From Candidatus Latescibacterota bacterium (GTDB lineage: Bacteria; Latescibacterota; UBA2968; UBA8231), in NCBI GenBank assembly GCA_965221775.1, contig CBDCSU010000006.1, positions 1,280,001-1,344,000 of the forward strand: 64,000 bases of DNA. The letters are read 5' to 3'. The translations under genes and the position numbers were made by a program. The notes under the pieces are model-generated. The model did no database searches. It had not been told where the DNA came from and saw nothing but the letters and a program-made list of their open reading frames with translations. Below, piece by piece: positions 19,463 to 28,610 of this stretch (position 1 is its first letter; every line of letters begins with the position of its first letter).

Positions 19463-20503
19463 GTGCCCACCTTCGAAGAAGCGCTCCTCGCGCTCGGCAA
19501 GCGCCGGATACGCTTGCCCGAGCTTCAGGACGCATATCTTCGCGCCCACCCGGACGCCATCCATGCGCCGGACCTGCGCCGGCTTCTCCTCGACGCGCTG
19601 CGCAGGCTGAAGCGAGACGAAGTGGCCGACCTTCCGGCACAGGGTCGGGGATGGGACAGGTCCGGTTCTCCCGCACTTCCTCGGACTGTGAGCCTCCGCG
19701 ATGTGGCTCGCTCCCGGCGTTCTCCAGAGGCGCACGCCTGGCTGCCGGCTCTTGCCTTCGCGGCGGACGAACGCCATCCCGTCCGCCGGGCGGACCTCCA
19801 AGCCATCAACGCATTCCTCGTGTCCGCCCGTGGCAAAAGCCTCACCCCGGTGCCGACGCGGGAGCGCTCACTGCAGATCTTCAGGAACGAGAAGCGCCTC
19901 GATGACATCCGCAAGGGTGAACCAACCCTCTTCGATGGACGCATCTCGCTCGACGATCTCCACTGCTATTCGGTCGCGCCACCGCTGCCGTACGAAACGC
20001 CTGACAGCCCTTCGCCCGGGCGGCCCGTGCTCGTGCTGGAGAACTATCACTCCTACGACAGCTTCCAGCGTTGGAACCGGGAGGCGGCGCTGTACGCCGC
20101 AGTCGCTTACGGTGGCGGCAATGCGTTCAGGCAGGGAGCCGGCAATCTCGACGAACTGATCGCTCGCACGGCCGCCGATGGCGCCTTCTATGTCGGTGAC
20201 CTGGATCCCACCGGAGTCGACATACTGCTCGGGGTCAACGCCCGTCGACGGGCAGATCGCCGATCAACAGTGCAACCCCATTGCGCCCTCTATCGATGGC
20301 TGCTGGCCCACGGTTGCCGGCGGCCGTTGGACAAGGCACCCAGGGACGGCTTGGCCGCCCGTGTCCGGGAGCTGTTTCCTGCCGACATCGCCAGTGCGCT
20401 TGGGGAACTGTGGGCTGCAGGATTGTGCATCCCGCAGGAGAGCTTTGGCCTTGAACAGCTCCGTGGCGAGGAGGCGGCGATAGCCAGCCCAGAGGCCGCC
20501 TGA
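19463..20503 (+). CDS. jetD: Wadjet JetD-like Toprim (DUF2220-type) nuclease
   Basis: GTG 1 bp after jetC stop; RERSLQIFRNEKRL, VLENYHSY (Toprim E), YVGDLDPTG (DxD), IPQE. Confidence 0.85.
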   Translation: MPTFEEALLALGKRRIRLPELQDAYLRAHPDAIHAPDLRRLLLDALRRLKRDEVADLPAQGRGWDRSGSPALPRTVSLRDVARSRRSPEAHAWLPALAFAADERHPVRRADLQAINAFLVSARGKSLTPVPTRERSLQIFRNEKRLDDIRKGEPTLFDGRISLDDLHCYSVAPPLPYETPDSPSPGRPVLVLENYHSYDSFQRWNREAALYAAVAYGGGNAFRQGAGNLDELIARTAADGAFYVGDLDPTGVDILLGVNARRRADRRSTVQPHCALYRWLLAHGCRRPLDKAPRDGLAARVRELFPADIASALGELWAAGLCIPQESFGLEQLRGEEAAIASPEAA

Positions 20504-20729
20504 ACCACCCAGGGGACGCTTGTTGATTCCACTGTTGGGAAACCCGCGAAGCCCCGCATACCTCCGGGTTGGTGTCCCTCCGGCTCCATCCTCATTACCG
20601 TGACACAGGACAAGCGCACGTCCGCCGGATGCCGTCGCGTCTCAGACGATGCTCGCGTCATCGTCCACTATCACGCTGTCAGTGGACAGCGGCTACGGTA
20701 ACCCCAAGAAGCCCTCGAAGGTGGTGATG

Positions 20730-21470
20730 TCATTGCCTACCTGAGAGTTCAAGGACGTTTTCGATGGGAATCTCCGCGAGCACATCCAACGTCTCTATTT
20801 TGGTAGAGTTCAATCGTCCATCGCCAATAAAGCACTCTATGTGACTCTCGAAAAAACTAGATACACTGCGACTGTACAAGTCGAATATATCCTTTGACTT
20901 TAGCGTTGATACGGCAACTGCCGGGAAGATTCTAATGCCCTTCGTCTTGGAGTAGACCCACACGAAGGAATCCGGAGTTCTAAGAAGCATCGTCTCGCAC
21001 TGGGCTTGGAGTCGGTCCCAGTCCTTAAACACCCGTCCGGGCTCGGCTCGTTTTGCTTGTGCCAGAAACCCCTTGACCACACGGAATTGAGGCATGTCGA
21101 TGTCGACGATTCCCATCAAGTCGGCACCATGCCGCTTTTCTTCCGCGGCGATGCCCGAACCTGTTCTCAGGCTACGAGCTGTCCAATTGATGCGCTGCAG
21201 AACAGGGTGCGGCGCCTCTGCATCATCTCCTTCGACGAGTCGATCTGATGCACCGGTGGCACCCAGTGGAGAAGTCGCACCTCTGTCATATGGCCGAGCT
21301 TCGCCATCTGGGCGCTTGCCTCCAATGCGATCTTCGATTGCTCCAATGATACGCTCTGTAATTTTCGGTTCTTCGGTAACACGTCCATCCCGGTAGGCGT
21401 TGAGCGCTCCATCCGCGGCGCTGGAAATCTCACGCGCAACTTCTCTTACGCCCCCAAAGTACCTAATCAC
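20730..21470 (-). CDS. Putative PD-(D/E)xK-like restriction-endonuclease-fold protein
   Basis: 246 aa, lower GC; EEKRHGADL...KGFLAQAKR (E..GAD..QAK) motif. Confidence 0.6.
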   Translation of the reverse strand: MIRYFGGVREVAREISSAADGALNAYRDGRVTEEPKITERIIGAIEDRIGGKRPDGEARPYDRGATSPLGATGASDRLVEGDDAEAPHPVLQRINWTARSLRTGSGIAAEEKRHGADLMGIVDIDMPQFRVVKGFLAQAKRAEPGRVFKDWDRLQAQCETMLLRTPDSFVWVYSKTKGIRIFPAVAVSTLKSKDIFDLYSRSVSSFFESHIECFIGDGRLNSTKIETLDVLAEIPIENVLELSGRQ

Positions 21471-21708
21471 TTTCCATTCTTCCTTGGTCGAAGATCCGAT
21501 TGTAGAGACATGAAAGGAGGGCTGGACCTCCCGGCAATTCTACCAACCACGAAGGCCCTGGCAAGTACGGCAGCCGCGCGGGGCCCCAAAACACGGATGG
21601 CACGATGCTATTGTCGAGCAAGGTTTGGGTCACTTCTTCGTAGGTAGTGATTCCCGGCCATCTGCGACTGCCTTGTATCCGAGTGGCTGCTCCTTGGTCG
21701 ACCCCAGC

Positions 21709-22456
21709 TCAGTCCACCAAGGGCGTGAAGTCCTCGCTGCTCATTGGTTCGTGCCTACTCCAACAGCCACGCATCTCAATCAATACCCGCTGCTTCGGCA
21801 GGACAGTCTCAGGGTTAACCCGCACCACCCTCGCCCCATAGCTACCAGGCCCTTCGGCCATCGCCGCCACCAGATCTGCCACCAGGTAACGCGGCGCCCA
21901 TCCGATCATGCAGTAGTCATGCGTCTGCATCTGCAGGGCGAACCCGGTCGCCGGATTGCTCAGCTCCAGCGTGACATACAGATCTTCTCCCTGCTCAAGG
22001 CGGTCAATACGCTCTTTGGCCGCGTCACTGATGTGTGGCCACCCATGCAGGAAGTACCGGCAAGAGAGGCTCCCGCTGCTGTCTTTCTCGATCTTCGGAA
22101 AGACCTCGTATGCGTCGGTGACGCGCTGGCCACCACTTGTGGACAGGATCTCAATTGGGGTCGGCTTCCTCGGTCAGGTCCAGCCTTTGGAGATAATCGG
22201 CAAAGTCCGGTCTTGCCGGATTCATGACCCGGTTCTGGAATAGCGGGAACAGCTCCGCGGATTGGTAATCTCCCTCCAAATCGGGGAAATCAATCAAGGG
22301 AAGGAATCCCACCTCCTCTTGCGCTCGCTTTGCGCCGCCAATGTAGCGAAAGCGATAGCACGACTCTTCGACACCAGCATCCAGCCGACCCACGGGATAC
22401 CACGCCTTGCTGGGCTTCCTGTCCTGCCAAGCCAGAAACAGGGTCCTCGTGCTCAT
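21709..22456 (-). pseudogene. HIRAN-domain / HipA-coupled-type protein, split by a +1 frameshift near 22157
   Basis: Frame 1 MSTRTLFLAWQD...WYPVGRL...LFPLFQNRV...ADPN*; removing one C from CCCC gives ADPIEILSTSGGQRVTDAYEVF...LELSNPATGFALQMQT...IGWAPRYL, ending at 21709. Confidence 0.75.
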
Positions 22457-22547
22457 TGAAACAGCTCCTGCAATTGTGCAACTTCCGGCCTGAAGGTCAT
22501 CCAATCCGTGGCCAACCCGATTTCACCAAGTCCTCTACAAGATCCCC

Positions 22548-23972
22548 TCACGACACAGCCGGCCGCCACTGCACCCACGGCCGCGCCTCCTCGAAAGCCG
22601 CGGACGCCGCCAGCACCGTCTCCTCGTCGAACCTCCGCCCGATGATCTGCAACCCAATGGGCAGCCCATCCGCTGAAAGCCCCGCGGGCACCGATGCGGC
22701 AGGATGCCCGATGGCGTTGGCGTGCATGGTGAAGGCCCCGTTCCAGTACTGCACGGGGTAGGACGAGTCCCCGGTGATGCTGCCGGGGAAGGTCTCGTTG
22801 GGGAAGGCGGGGAAGCAGGAGACAGGCGACAGGATGAGGTCGCAGGTCTCGAAGGCGTCGTCGAAGGTGGCCTTGAGCTCGGCGATGCGGCCCTCGGCGC
22901 GCATGTAGTCCTCGGTGGTGACCCGCGATCCCATCTCGATGAAGAAGCGGGCGAACTCGGTCATGCGGTCGCCGTACTCGTCGAGGTACTGGCCGAGGCT
23001 GTTGTACACACCCGCCGCCTGCATCGGCCCGAAGGAGTCGTACGGCTCGGGGAGGACCATCTCCACCCCCTCGACGGAGCATCCCAGCTCCTCGAAGACC
23101 CTGGCGGCCTTGCTGGTTACGTCGACGACCTCGGGCCGGACGGGGGCAAAGCCGAAGTCGGGGGTCCAGCCGATGCGCAGGCCGTCGATGGCGCGCCCGG
23201 TGGCGGCGACAAAGTCGGGGGGACTCCTCCGAATGGAAGCCTGGTCCCGCCGGTCGAATCCCGCCATGACCTGCAGCAGGATCGCGGCGTCGCGCACCGT
23301 TCGCGTCAGGGGGCCCGACTGCGAGAAGATGCTCGGCAGAGGAGGCCCGCCGAGTCCGGTGTAGCCGGAGACGCGGCCCTGTGTCGGCTTGAGGGTGTAG
23401 ATGCCGCAGAAGTTGGCGGGGATGCGCAGGGATCCGCCGCCGTCGCTCCCGGTCGCCACCGGGCACAGGCCGGCCGCCACGGCGGCGGCGGCCCCACCGC
23501 TCGATCCTCCAGGGGTCCTGTCGGTGTTCCACGGGTTGCGTCCGAGCACCCCCAGGGAGTTCTCGCAGGTCCCGACCATGCCGAACTCCGGGACGTTGGT
23601 CTTGCCCGGCATGACCGCCCCGGCCTTCAGCACGCGCTCGACGACGGCGGCGTTCCGCTCCGGCACGCGATCCTGAAAGACCACCGATCCCATGGTCGAA
23701 GGGACGCCGGCGGTCATCTGGGTGTCCTTGATCGGCACGGGGAGGCCGTGCAGGGGGCCGAGGTCGTCGCCGCGCATGACGGCATCCTCGGCGGCGCGGG
23801 CCTGCTGCATGGCGAGGTCCCGCGTCACGAGGAGGAAGGAGTTCAACTGTGGATCGAGGCGGTCGATGCGCTCGAAGAACATCCCCGCCAGCTCCACGGG
23901 CGAGACCTGCTTCGCCGCGATCAGCTCCAGCAGGTCGCTGGCGGGAGCGTATGCCAGCCCTTCGTCAACCAT
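22548..23972 (-). CDS. Amidase signature family enzyme (GatA-like)
   Basis: PIKD, TPGGSSGGAAAA, GSDGGGSLRIPA, GLPIGLQI; ATG 23972. Confidence 0.92.
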   Translation of the reverse strand: MVDEGLAYAPASDLLELIAAKQVSPVELAGMFFERIDRLDPQLNSFLLVTRDLAMQQARAAEDAVMRGDDLGPLHGLPVPIKDTQMTAGVPSTMGSVVFQDRVPERNAAVVERVLKAGAVMPGKTNVPEFGMVGTCENSLGVLGRNPWNTDRTPGGSSGGAAAAVAAGLCPVATGSDGGGSLRIPANFCGIYTLKPTQGRVSGYTGLGGPPLPSIFSQSGPLTRTVRDAAILLQVMAGFDRRDQASIRRSPPDFVAATGRAIDGLRIGWTPDFGFAPVRPEVVDVTSKAARVFEELGCSVEGVEMVLPEPYDSFGPMQAAGVYNSLGQYLDEYGDRMTEFARFFIEMGSRVTTEDYMRAEGRIAELKATFDDAFETCDLILSPVSCFPAFPNETFPGSITGDSSYPVQYWNGAFTMHANAIGHPAASVPAGLSADGLPIGLQIIGRRFDEETVLAASAAFEEARPWVQWRPAVS

Positions 23973-24148
23973 TGGGATCAGGCGCCTGGATCTTCGATGC
24001 CATTCAAGGATATGCCGCTTCTCTCCAGCCCGCCAAGGACCGCCAGGCCCTCGGCATCTCATCCTCCCTCGTCCTTGTGTTGCCGACGCCCGCCCCATGG
24101 CGCAGTTTGTGGCGCCGGAGTCCCCACCAGCCCGTGTCAGGTAGAGAG

Positions 24149-25138
24149 ATGAAGTACCGGACAAGGAATCCGCGGAGTGGGGTCTGCAGCCTGATGGCGA
24201 CAGCACTCGCCGCAAGTCTCATGTGGAGTTGTGGTGGCAGCGAGCGTCGACCGGATTCCAGATTGGTGACTCCCTCGCCGGGGGCGCAGACCAGTACGCC
24301 CTGGCACTTGACCAACGTGCATTTGTACTCCCAAGAGCAACCAAGGGACATTCAGTCCTATTGCACGACGTTCACGATCCGGGGGAGTGTACCGGATAGT
24401 GTCAATCTATACATATCGCCTTTCAACCAACAGATCAATCGGATAACCTGCTACGGAGGCGTACAGACGCGCATCGATGGCTCTACCGACAAGAGCCGCC
24501 TCCGGGATACCTTCACGCGGAGAGACAGAGGTGCCATTTTCTCCCGATGGATGGAGCGCAGTGTGGACGCGATCAGACAGGCACCCGGCGGCCTTGTCGC
24601 CTCCTTGGGCAACGAAGGGGACTTCATCAGCGTGCGCAACGACTTCACGTGGTCGGAGGGCACCTATCGCCTGTGTCTGCGCAAGTCCGACGTCGTCGAT
24701 GGAGAGCCACTTCCCGCCAACCATGACGCCGAAGAGATCGCCTATGGCTGGGGACGTTACGAGCATACCTGGGTGCGCATGGAGGCGACGGATCTGAGTA
24801 CGGGCCGAACGGCTTCCATCGGTGCGTTGGCATTCCCCGGAAGAACGCTCTCCTTGCGCAGAAGCAACATCATATTCGTTGAGATCTACGGTCACGGTGG
24901 GACCTTTGCCATCAGCGACGTCCCGGTGTTCAGCCTCTCTTTTCTGAACTTCCAGGTGGATGGGACCGACCAGCAGTACGACTATATTCAGGAGGTTCTT
25001 AATCCATTCTCATGGAATGCCACCGCCGCAGGGGTGGCACGGGCGAGCTACCTGAAAGACCAGGGTATCCTGCAGATCGATGTGGGAGAGGGTACTGGAG
25101 AGACGGGCCGAGTTGTCACAGAACTTCTGAGAAATTAG
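24149..25138 (+). CDS. Putative lipoprotein, DUF3472-like beta-rich domain
   Basis: Lipobox-like LMWS-C; YGGVQT, AIFSRW, GNEG motifs; lower GC than neighbours. Confidence 0.5.
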   Translation: MKYRTRNPRSGVCSLMATALAASLMWSCGGSERRPDSRLVTPSPGAQTSTPWHLTNVHLYSQEQPRDIQSYCTTFTIRGSVPDSVNLYISPFNQQINRITCYGGVQTRIDGSTDKSRLRDTFTRRDRGAIFSRWMERSVDAIRQAPGGLVASLGNEGDFISVRNDFTWSEGTYRLCLRKSDVVDGEPLPANHDAEEIAYGWGRYEHTWVRMEATDLSTGRTASIGALAFPGRTLSLRRSNIIFVEIYGHGGTFAISDVPVFSLSFLNFQVDGTDQQYDYIQEVLNPFSWNATAAGVARASYLKDQGILQIDVGEGTGETGRVVTELLRN

Positions 25139-25149
25139 AGGGGGGAACC

Positions 25150-25902
25150 ATGAGACTGATCATCACCGGATGCGAGCACGTGGGCAAGACGACGCTCGCC
25201 GCCGGCGTGTCGCGCTGGCTCGCCGACCTCACGGGCTACAGCAGGTCGTTCCACGATCACTTCACCCTCCCCTCCCCGGAGGTGGCCGGCGAGGACCGCG
25301 AGCTGTTCATGCGCATGAGTCCGGCCTTCAAGGAGCGGTTCCAGCGCTATCAGATGGCGTACCACGCCGGGGGCTCCTTCCTGTCAGGCGACGATCATCT
25401 TCTCGTGGGCTACCACATCGAGGAGGCGGTCTTCGCGCCGCTGTACTACGGCTACGGCGCCCGCGGTGAGTATGCGGACCGCTCCGTCTATGCCCGGCGT
25501 ATCGAGCGAGACATCATGAAGGATTCTCCGGACACCATCCTGGTGCTGATGACGGCCCGGCCCGATGTGATCAAGGAGCGGATGCGCCGCGACCCCATGC
25601 CGCGGGATCAGAAGGGCCGGCGGCCGGGAGTCCTCCGCGAGGAGGACGTGGAGCACGTCCTCGGGAGGTTCCAGGAGGAGTTCGCCGCGTCGCTGATCCG
25701 CAGGAAGTTCGTCATCGACAACTCCGACCTCTCGCCCGGGGAGACGCTCTCGGAGTTCACCTGGAAGGCGCAGAAGTTCCTCTCCCACGAGGACCGGACG
25801 CGCATCGCCGCAAGGCAGGTTCTCGAGGAGCGCGGCGAGCACCGGGAAGGCGTGGTCGAGGGCGACAAGACGCTCCCGGCCGAGAAGCGGATCTCGATAT
25901 AG
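25150..25902 (+). CDS. P-loop nucleoside/nucleotide kinase-like protein
   Basis: N-terminal IITGCEHVGKTT Walker A; lid-like ARPDVIKERM; GGGGGA RBS. Confidence 0.7.
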   Translation: MRLIITGCEHVGKTTLAAGVSRWLADLTGYSRSFHDHFTLPSPEVAGEDRELFMRMSPAFKERFQRYQMAYHAGGSFLSGDDHLLVGYHIEEAVFAPLYYGYGARGEYADRSVYARRIERDIMKDSPDTILVLMTARPDVIKERMRRDPMPRDQKGRRPGVLREEDVEHVLGRFQEEFAASLIRRKFVIDNSDLSPGETLSEFTWKAQKFLSHEDRTRIAARQVLEERGEHREGVVEGDKTLPAEKRISI

Positions 25903-25918
25903 TCCGCGCCCCCTGCGG

Positions 25919-27061
25919 CTACTCGCACGGCTGCCAGAGCGGCTCGCCGTCGTCGAGCATGCTCTGCAGGAACGCCTCGTTCAGCTCCACCCCGAGCCCC
26001 GGCTTCTCGGTCAGCACCACCTGCCCCTGCTGAATCACCGGCTCGTCGGAGATCAACACGTCGCTCCAGGTCGGGTCGTCGTAGCGGTGGAACTCCAGGG
26101 CGAGGAAGTTGGGCACACTGGCGCAGACGTGGGCGTCGGCCACGGTGCTCAAGGCGCTGGAGTTGTTGTGCGGGGCGAAGGGGATGTAGTAGCTCTCCGC
26201 CATGTTGGCGATCTTGCGGCACTCGGACAGGCCGCCGCACTTGGAGATGTCGGGCATGATGATGTCGACGGCCTGCCGCTCGATCATGTCGCGGAAGCCG
26301 TAGCGCAGGTAGGCGTTCTCGCCGGCGCAGATCGGGGTACGGGTCGAGTCGGTTATGCGCTTGAGGGCGTCCATGTTCTCGGGCGGCACCGGCTCTTCGA
26401 GCCACATCAGGTTCAGGTCCTCCAGGGCATGGGCGAACTTCATGCCGGCGGTGACGTCGTAGCGCCCGTGCAGGTCGATGGCCAGGTCCATGCGGGGACC
26501 GACGGCCTCGCGGATCCGGTGCACCCGGTCGACGAGGTCCTCCAGCTCGGCGGGGGCCACTGACCAGTTCCAGGGATCGAGCTTCTCGGGGTGGCCGGCA
26601 TCGTCGAGATCAAACTTGATCGCCGTGAAGCCTTCGGCCCGGACCTCCTCGGCGCGCTGCTTGTAGTCGGAATGGGCGCTGTCGACGTAGAGGCGCACCC
26701 GGTCGCGGAACTTCCCTCCCAGCAGGCGGTAGACGGGAACGCCCTGCGCCTTGCCGGCCAGATCCCACAGGGCGATTTCGATTCCCGTCAGGGCCGAGAT
26801 CCCCAATCCCGCCATGCCGCCGCGGAAGATGTAACCGCGGCGAATCCCCTCGAAGAGCGCGTCCACGTCGCGCGGGTCCTTGCCGATGAGCTGGCCCGCC
26901 ATGGTCCGGGTGGAGCCGCGCCAGCCGCCGTCGACGTGGCTGGCCTCGCCGGTGCCGTAGACGCCCTCGTCGGTGTGGATGCGCACGTAGTGGTAGAGGT
27001 ATCGCGGTTGGCCGTCGACCCTCATCCGCACTTCAGCGGTCTGGACTTCCGTGATCTTCAA
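25919..27061 (-). CDS. Enolase-superfamily acid-sugar dehydratase (galactonate/gluconate dehydratase-like)
   Basis: EIALWDLAGK, IDLHG, WLEEP, AGEN, PDISKCGG, APHN. Confidence 0.9.
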   Translation of the reverse strand: MKITEVQTAEVRMRVDGQPRYLYHYVRIHTDEGVYGTGEASHVDGGWRGSTRTMAGQLIGKDPRDVDALFEGIRRGYIFRGGMAGLGISALTGIEIALWDLAGKAQGVPVYRLLGGKFRDRVRLYVDSAHSDYKQRAEEVRAEGFTAIKFDLDDAGHPEKLDPWNWSVAPAELEDLVDRVHRIREAVGPRMDLAIDLHGRYDVTAGMKFAHALEDLNLMWLEEPVPPENMDALKRITDSTRTPICAGENAYLRYGFRDMIERQAVDIIMPDISKCGGLSECRKIANMAESYYIPFAPHNNSSALSTVADAHVCASVPNFLALEFHRYDDPTWSDVLISDEPVIQQGQVVLTEKPGLGVELNEAFLQSMLDDGEPLWQPCE

Positions 27062-27071
27062 CGGGGTTTCC

Positions 27072-28610
27072 TCACGAATAGGCGATGACCAGCTCGATCC
27101 CCATGATGCGCAGGCTCTCCTGGCCGTCGATCCGATCGAGCGCTACCTCGACCTGGTTGGTTCCCTGTACGACCGGCACATCGCCGAAGGTCACGGTCGT
27201 GCTCGACGGCAGTTCGATCCGGTGCCCTGAATCCAGGAGCTGGCCGTTCAGGGAGACCGATGCCTCCGCGAGGGCGGGGTCGTACTCGCGGCAGGTGATC
27301 CGCAGCCAGGTGTCGGCCAGGGCCCGCTCCCGCCGCGCGGCTTCGACATCGTCCCCCACCACGATGGCGAAAGCCTGACTCTGGCCAGCCTCCGCCAGCT
27401 CATACGGGAGGGGCATCTCGCCGCCCCGATCGGGCGTGTTCAGCTGCATGTCCACGCTCACGGTGTAGCGCTTGTTCCTGCGGGCGATCCGTTGCGGGTC
27501 GTGGATCTCCCGGAGCAGCTGGATCTCGTCCGGGGTGTAGCACTCGCTGCCCGTCTTCGGCAGCCGGTGGCAGTCGTAGTTGAACAGGTAGATGACGCTC
27601 GCCCCCTGGTGGTAGAAGCTCGATGCCGCGGCGTACAGCATATCGTTGCCGGCGTACCCGTACACCTTGGAAGCGCGCTCCAGGCCGCCGCCGATCCGGC
27701 AGGAGGTCCCCTCGGCCAGTTCCGAGAACGCGGCAATCTCGGCCCCCATGTCGAGGTAGGCATTGTCCATGGGGATGAACAGGTCGGCCAGTTCCTCCCG
27801 GATCCAGGTGGGCACGTCGAGCCCCGTGTCCAGACAGCGCTGGCGAGTCGGCGGGACCCGGAACATCAGCGTGAAGGGCCGCCCCTTCCTCTTCGCGATC
27901 TCGGCGGTGCCGGCTCTGACCTTGCGCACGAGGTCCGTCATGAGCGGCATGCCCTCGGCTTCTTCTCCCTGCTTGAAGTACCAGCGTCCGCGCTGGAAGT
28001 CCATCTCGAAGCCGTCGACGTCGTAGCGCTCGCAGGTCTCCAGGATCAGGCCGAGCTTGCGATCGCGCACCTCCTCGCGGGCGAAGTCGAAGGCCCAGGT
28101 GAAGTCGTCCTGCCGGTAGCCGGGGTACCCGGAGACCTTGGGGTAAGGCGACCCGATCAGCAGCTCCGGGTGCTCCTTCTTGAAGGTGCTGCGCAAGGCG
28201 CTCCAGCGCCCGGTGTCGTCCTCGTGGATGTCGTTCATCCGCAGGGCGGGCCAGAACTGCATCCCCCGCTCGTGGGCCCGCGCCGCCAGCAACTCGATGA
28301 TGTTGACCCCCTGGTCGAGCAGCGCCTTGGTGCTGTCGGCCATCCAGCGCACGTACTCCAGTCCCTCGGCCTGCGGCCACTCGGTGACGTTGGAGCCGTA
28401 GACCTCGCCGAACTCCGACGGGTGGGAAAAGGTCTCGTCGCCGCGCCCCATGGAGTTGGTGAAGACCTCGACCTTGGTGCCGGCGATCTCCTCGATGTCG
28501 CGGCAGGCCTGCTCCGGTGTGATCGGCGCTTCGAAGGCGATGTATGTCGTCGAGTCGCCGTCGGAGTTGAAGATCAGTCGAGGGATGTCCGGGCTCATGG
28601 CAGTTCTCAC
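27072..28610 (-). CDS. Glycoside hydrolase-like (GHL10-type TIM barrel) protein
   Basis: IFNSDG, RMNDIH, DFAREEVR, YDVDGFEMDFQR, IYLFNY. Confidence 0.65.
   Translation of the reverse strand: MRTAMSPDIPRLIFNSDGDSTTYIAFEAPITPEQACRDIEEIAGTKVEVFTNSMGRGDETFSHPSEFGEVYGSNVTEWPQAEGLEYVRWMADSTKALLDQGVNIIELLAARAHERGMQFWPALRMNDIHEDDTGRWSALRSTFKKEHPELLIGSPYPKVSGYPGYRQDDFTWAFDFAREEVRDRKLGLILETCERYDVDGFEMDFQRGRWYFKQGEEAEGMPLMTDLVRKVRAGTAEIAKRKGRPFTLMFRVPPTRQRCLDTGLDVPTWIREELADLFIPMDNAYLDMGAEIAAFSELAEGTSCRIGGGLERASKVYGYAGNDMLYAAASSFYHQGASVIYLFNYDCHRLPKTGSECYTPDEIQLLREIHDPQRIARRNKRYTVSVDMQLNTPDRGGEMPLPYELAEAGQSQAFAIVVGDDVEAARRERALADTWLRITCREYDPALAEASVSLNGQLLDSGHRIELPSSTTVTFGDVPVVQGTNQVEVALDRIDGQESLRIMGIELVIAYS

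Noticed and set aside
20645-20687. Two overlapping 7-bp hairpins between jetD and the nuclease gene
   Set aside because: Short, no U-tracts; could be chance, so not called a terminator.
22548-23972. gatA of the GatCAB amidotransferase
   Set aside because: No gatC/gatB adjacent; general amidase-signature enzyme is the safer call.
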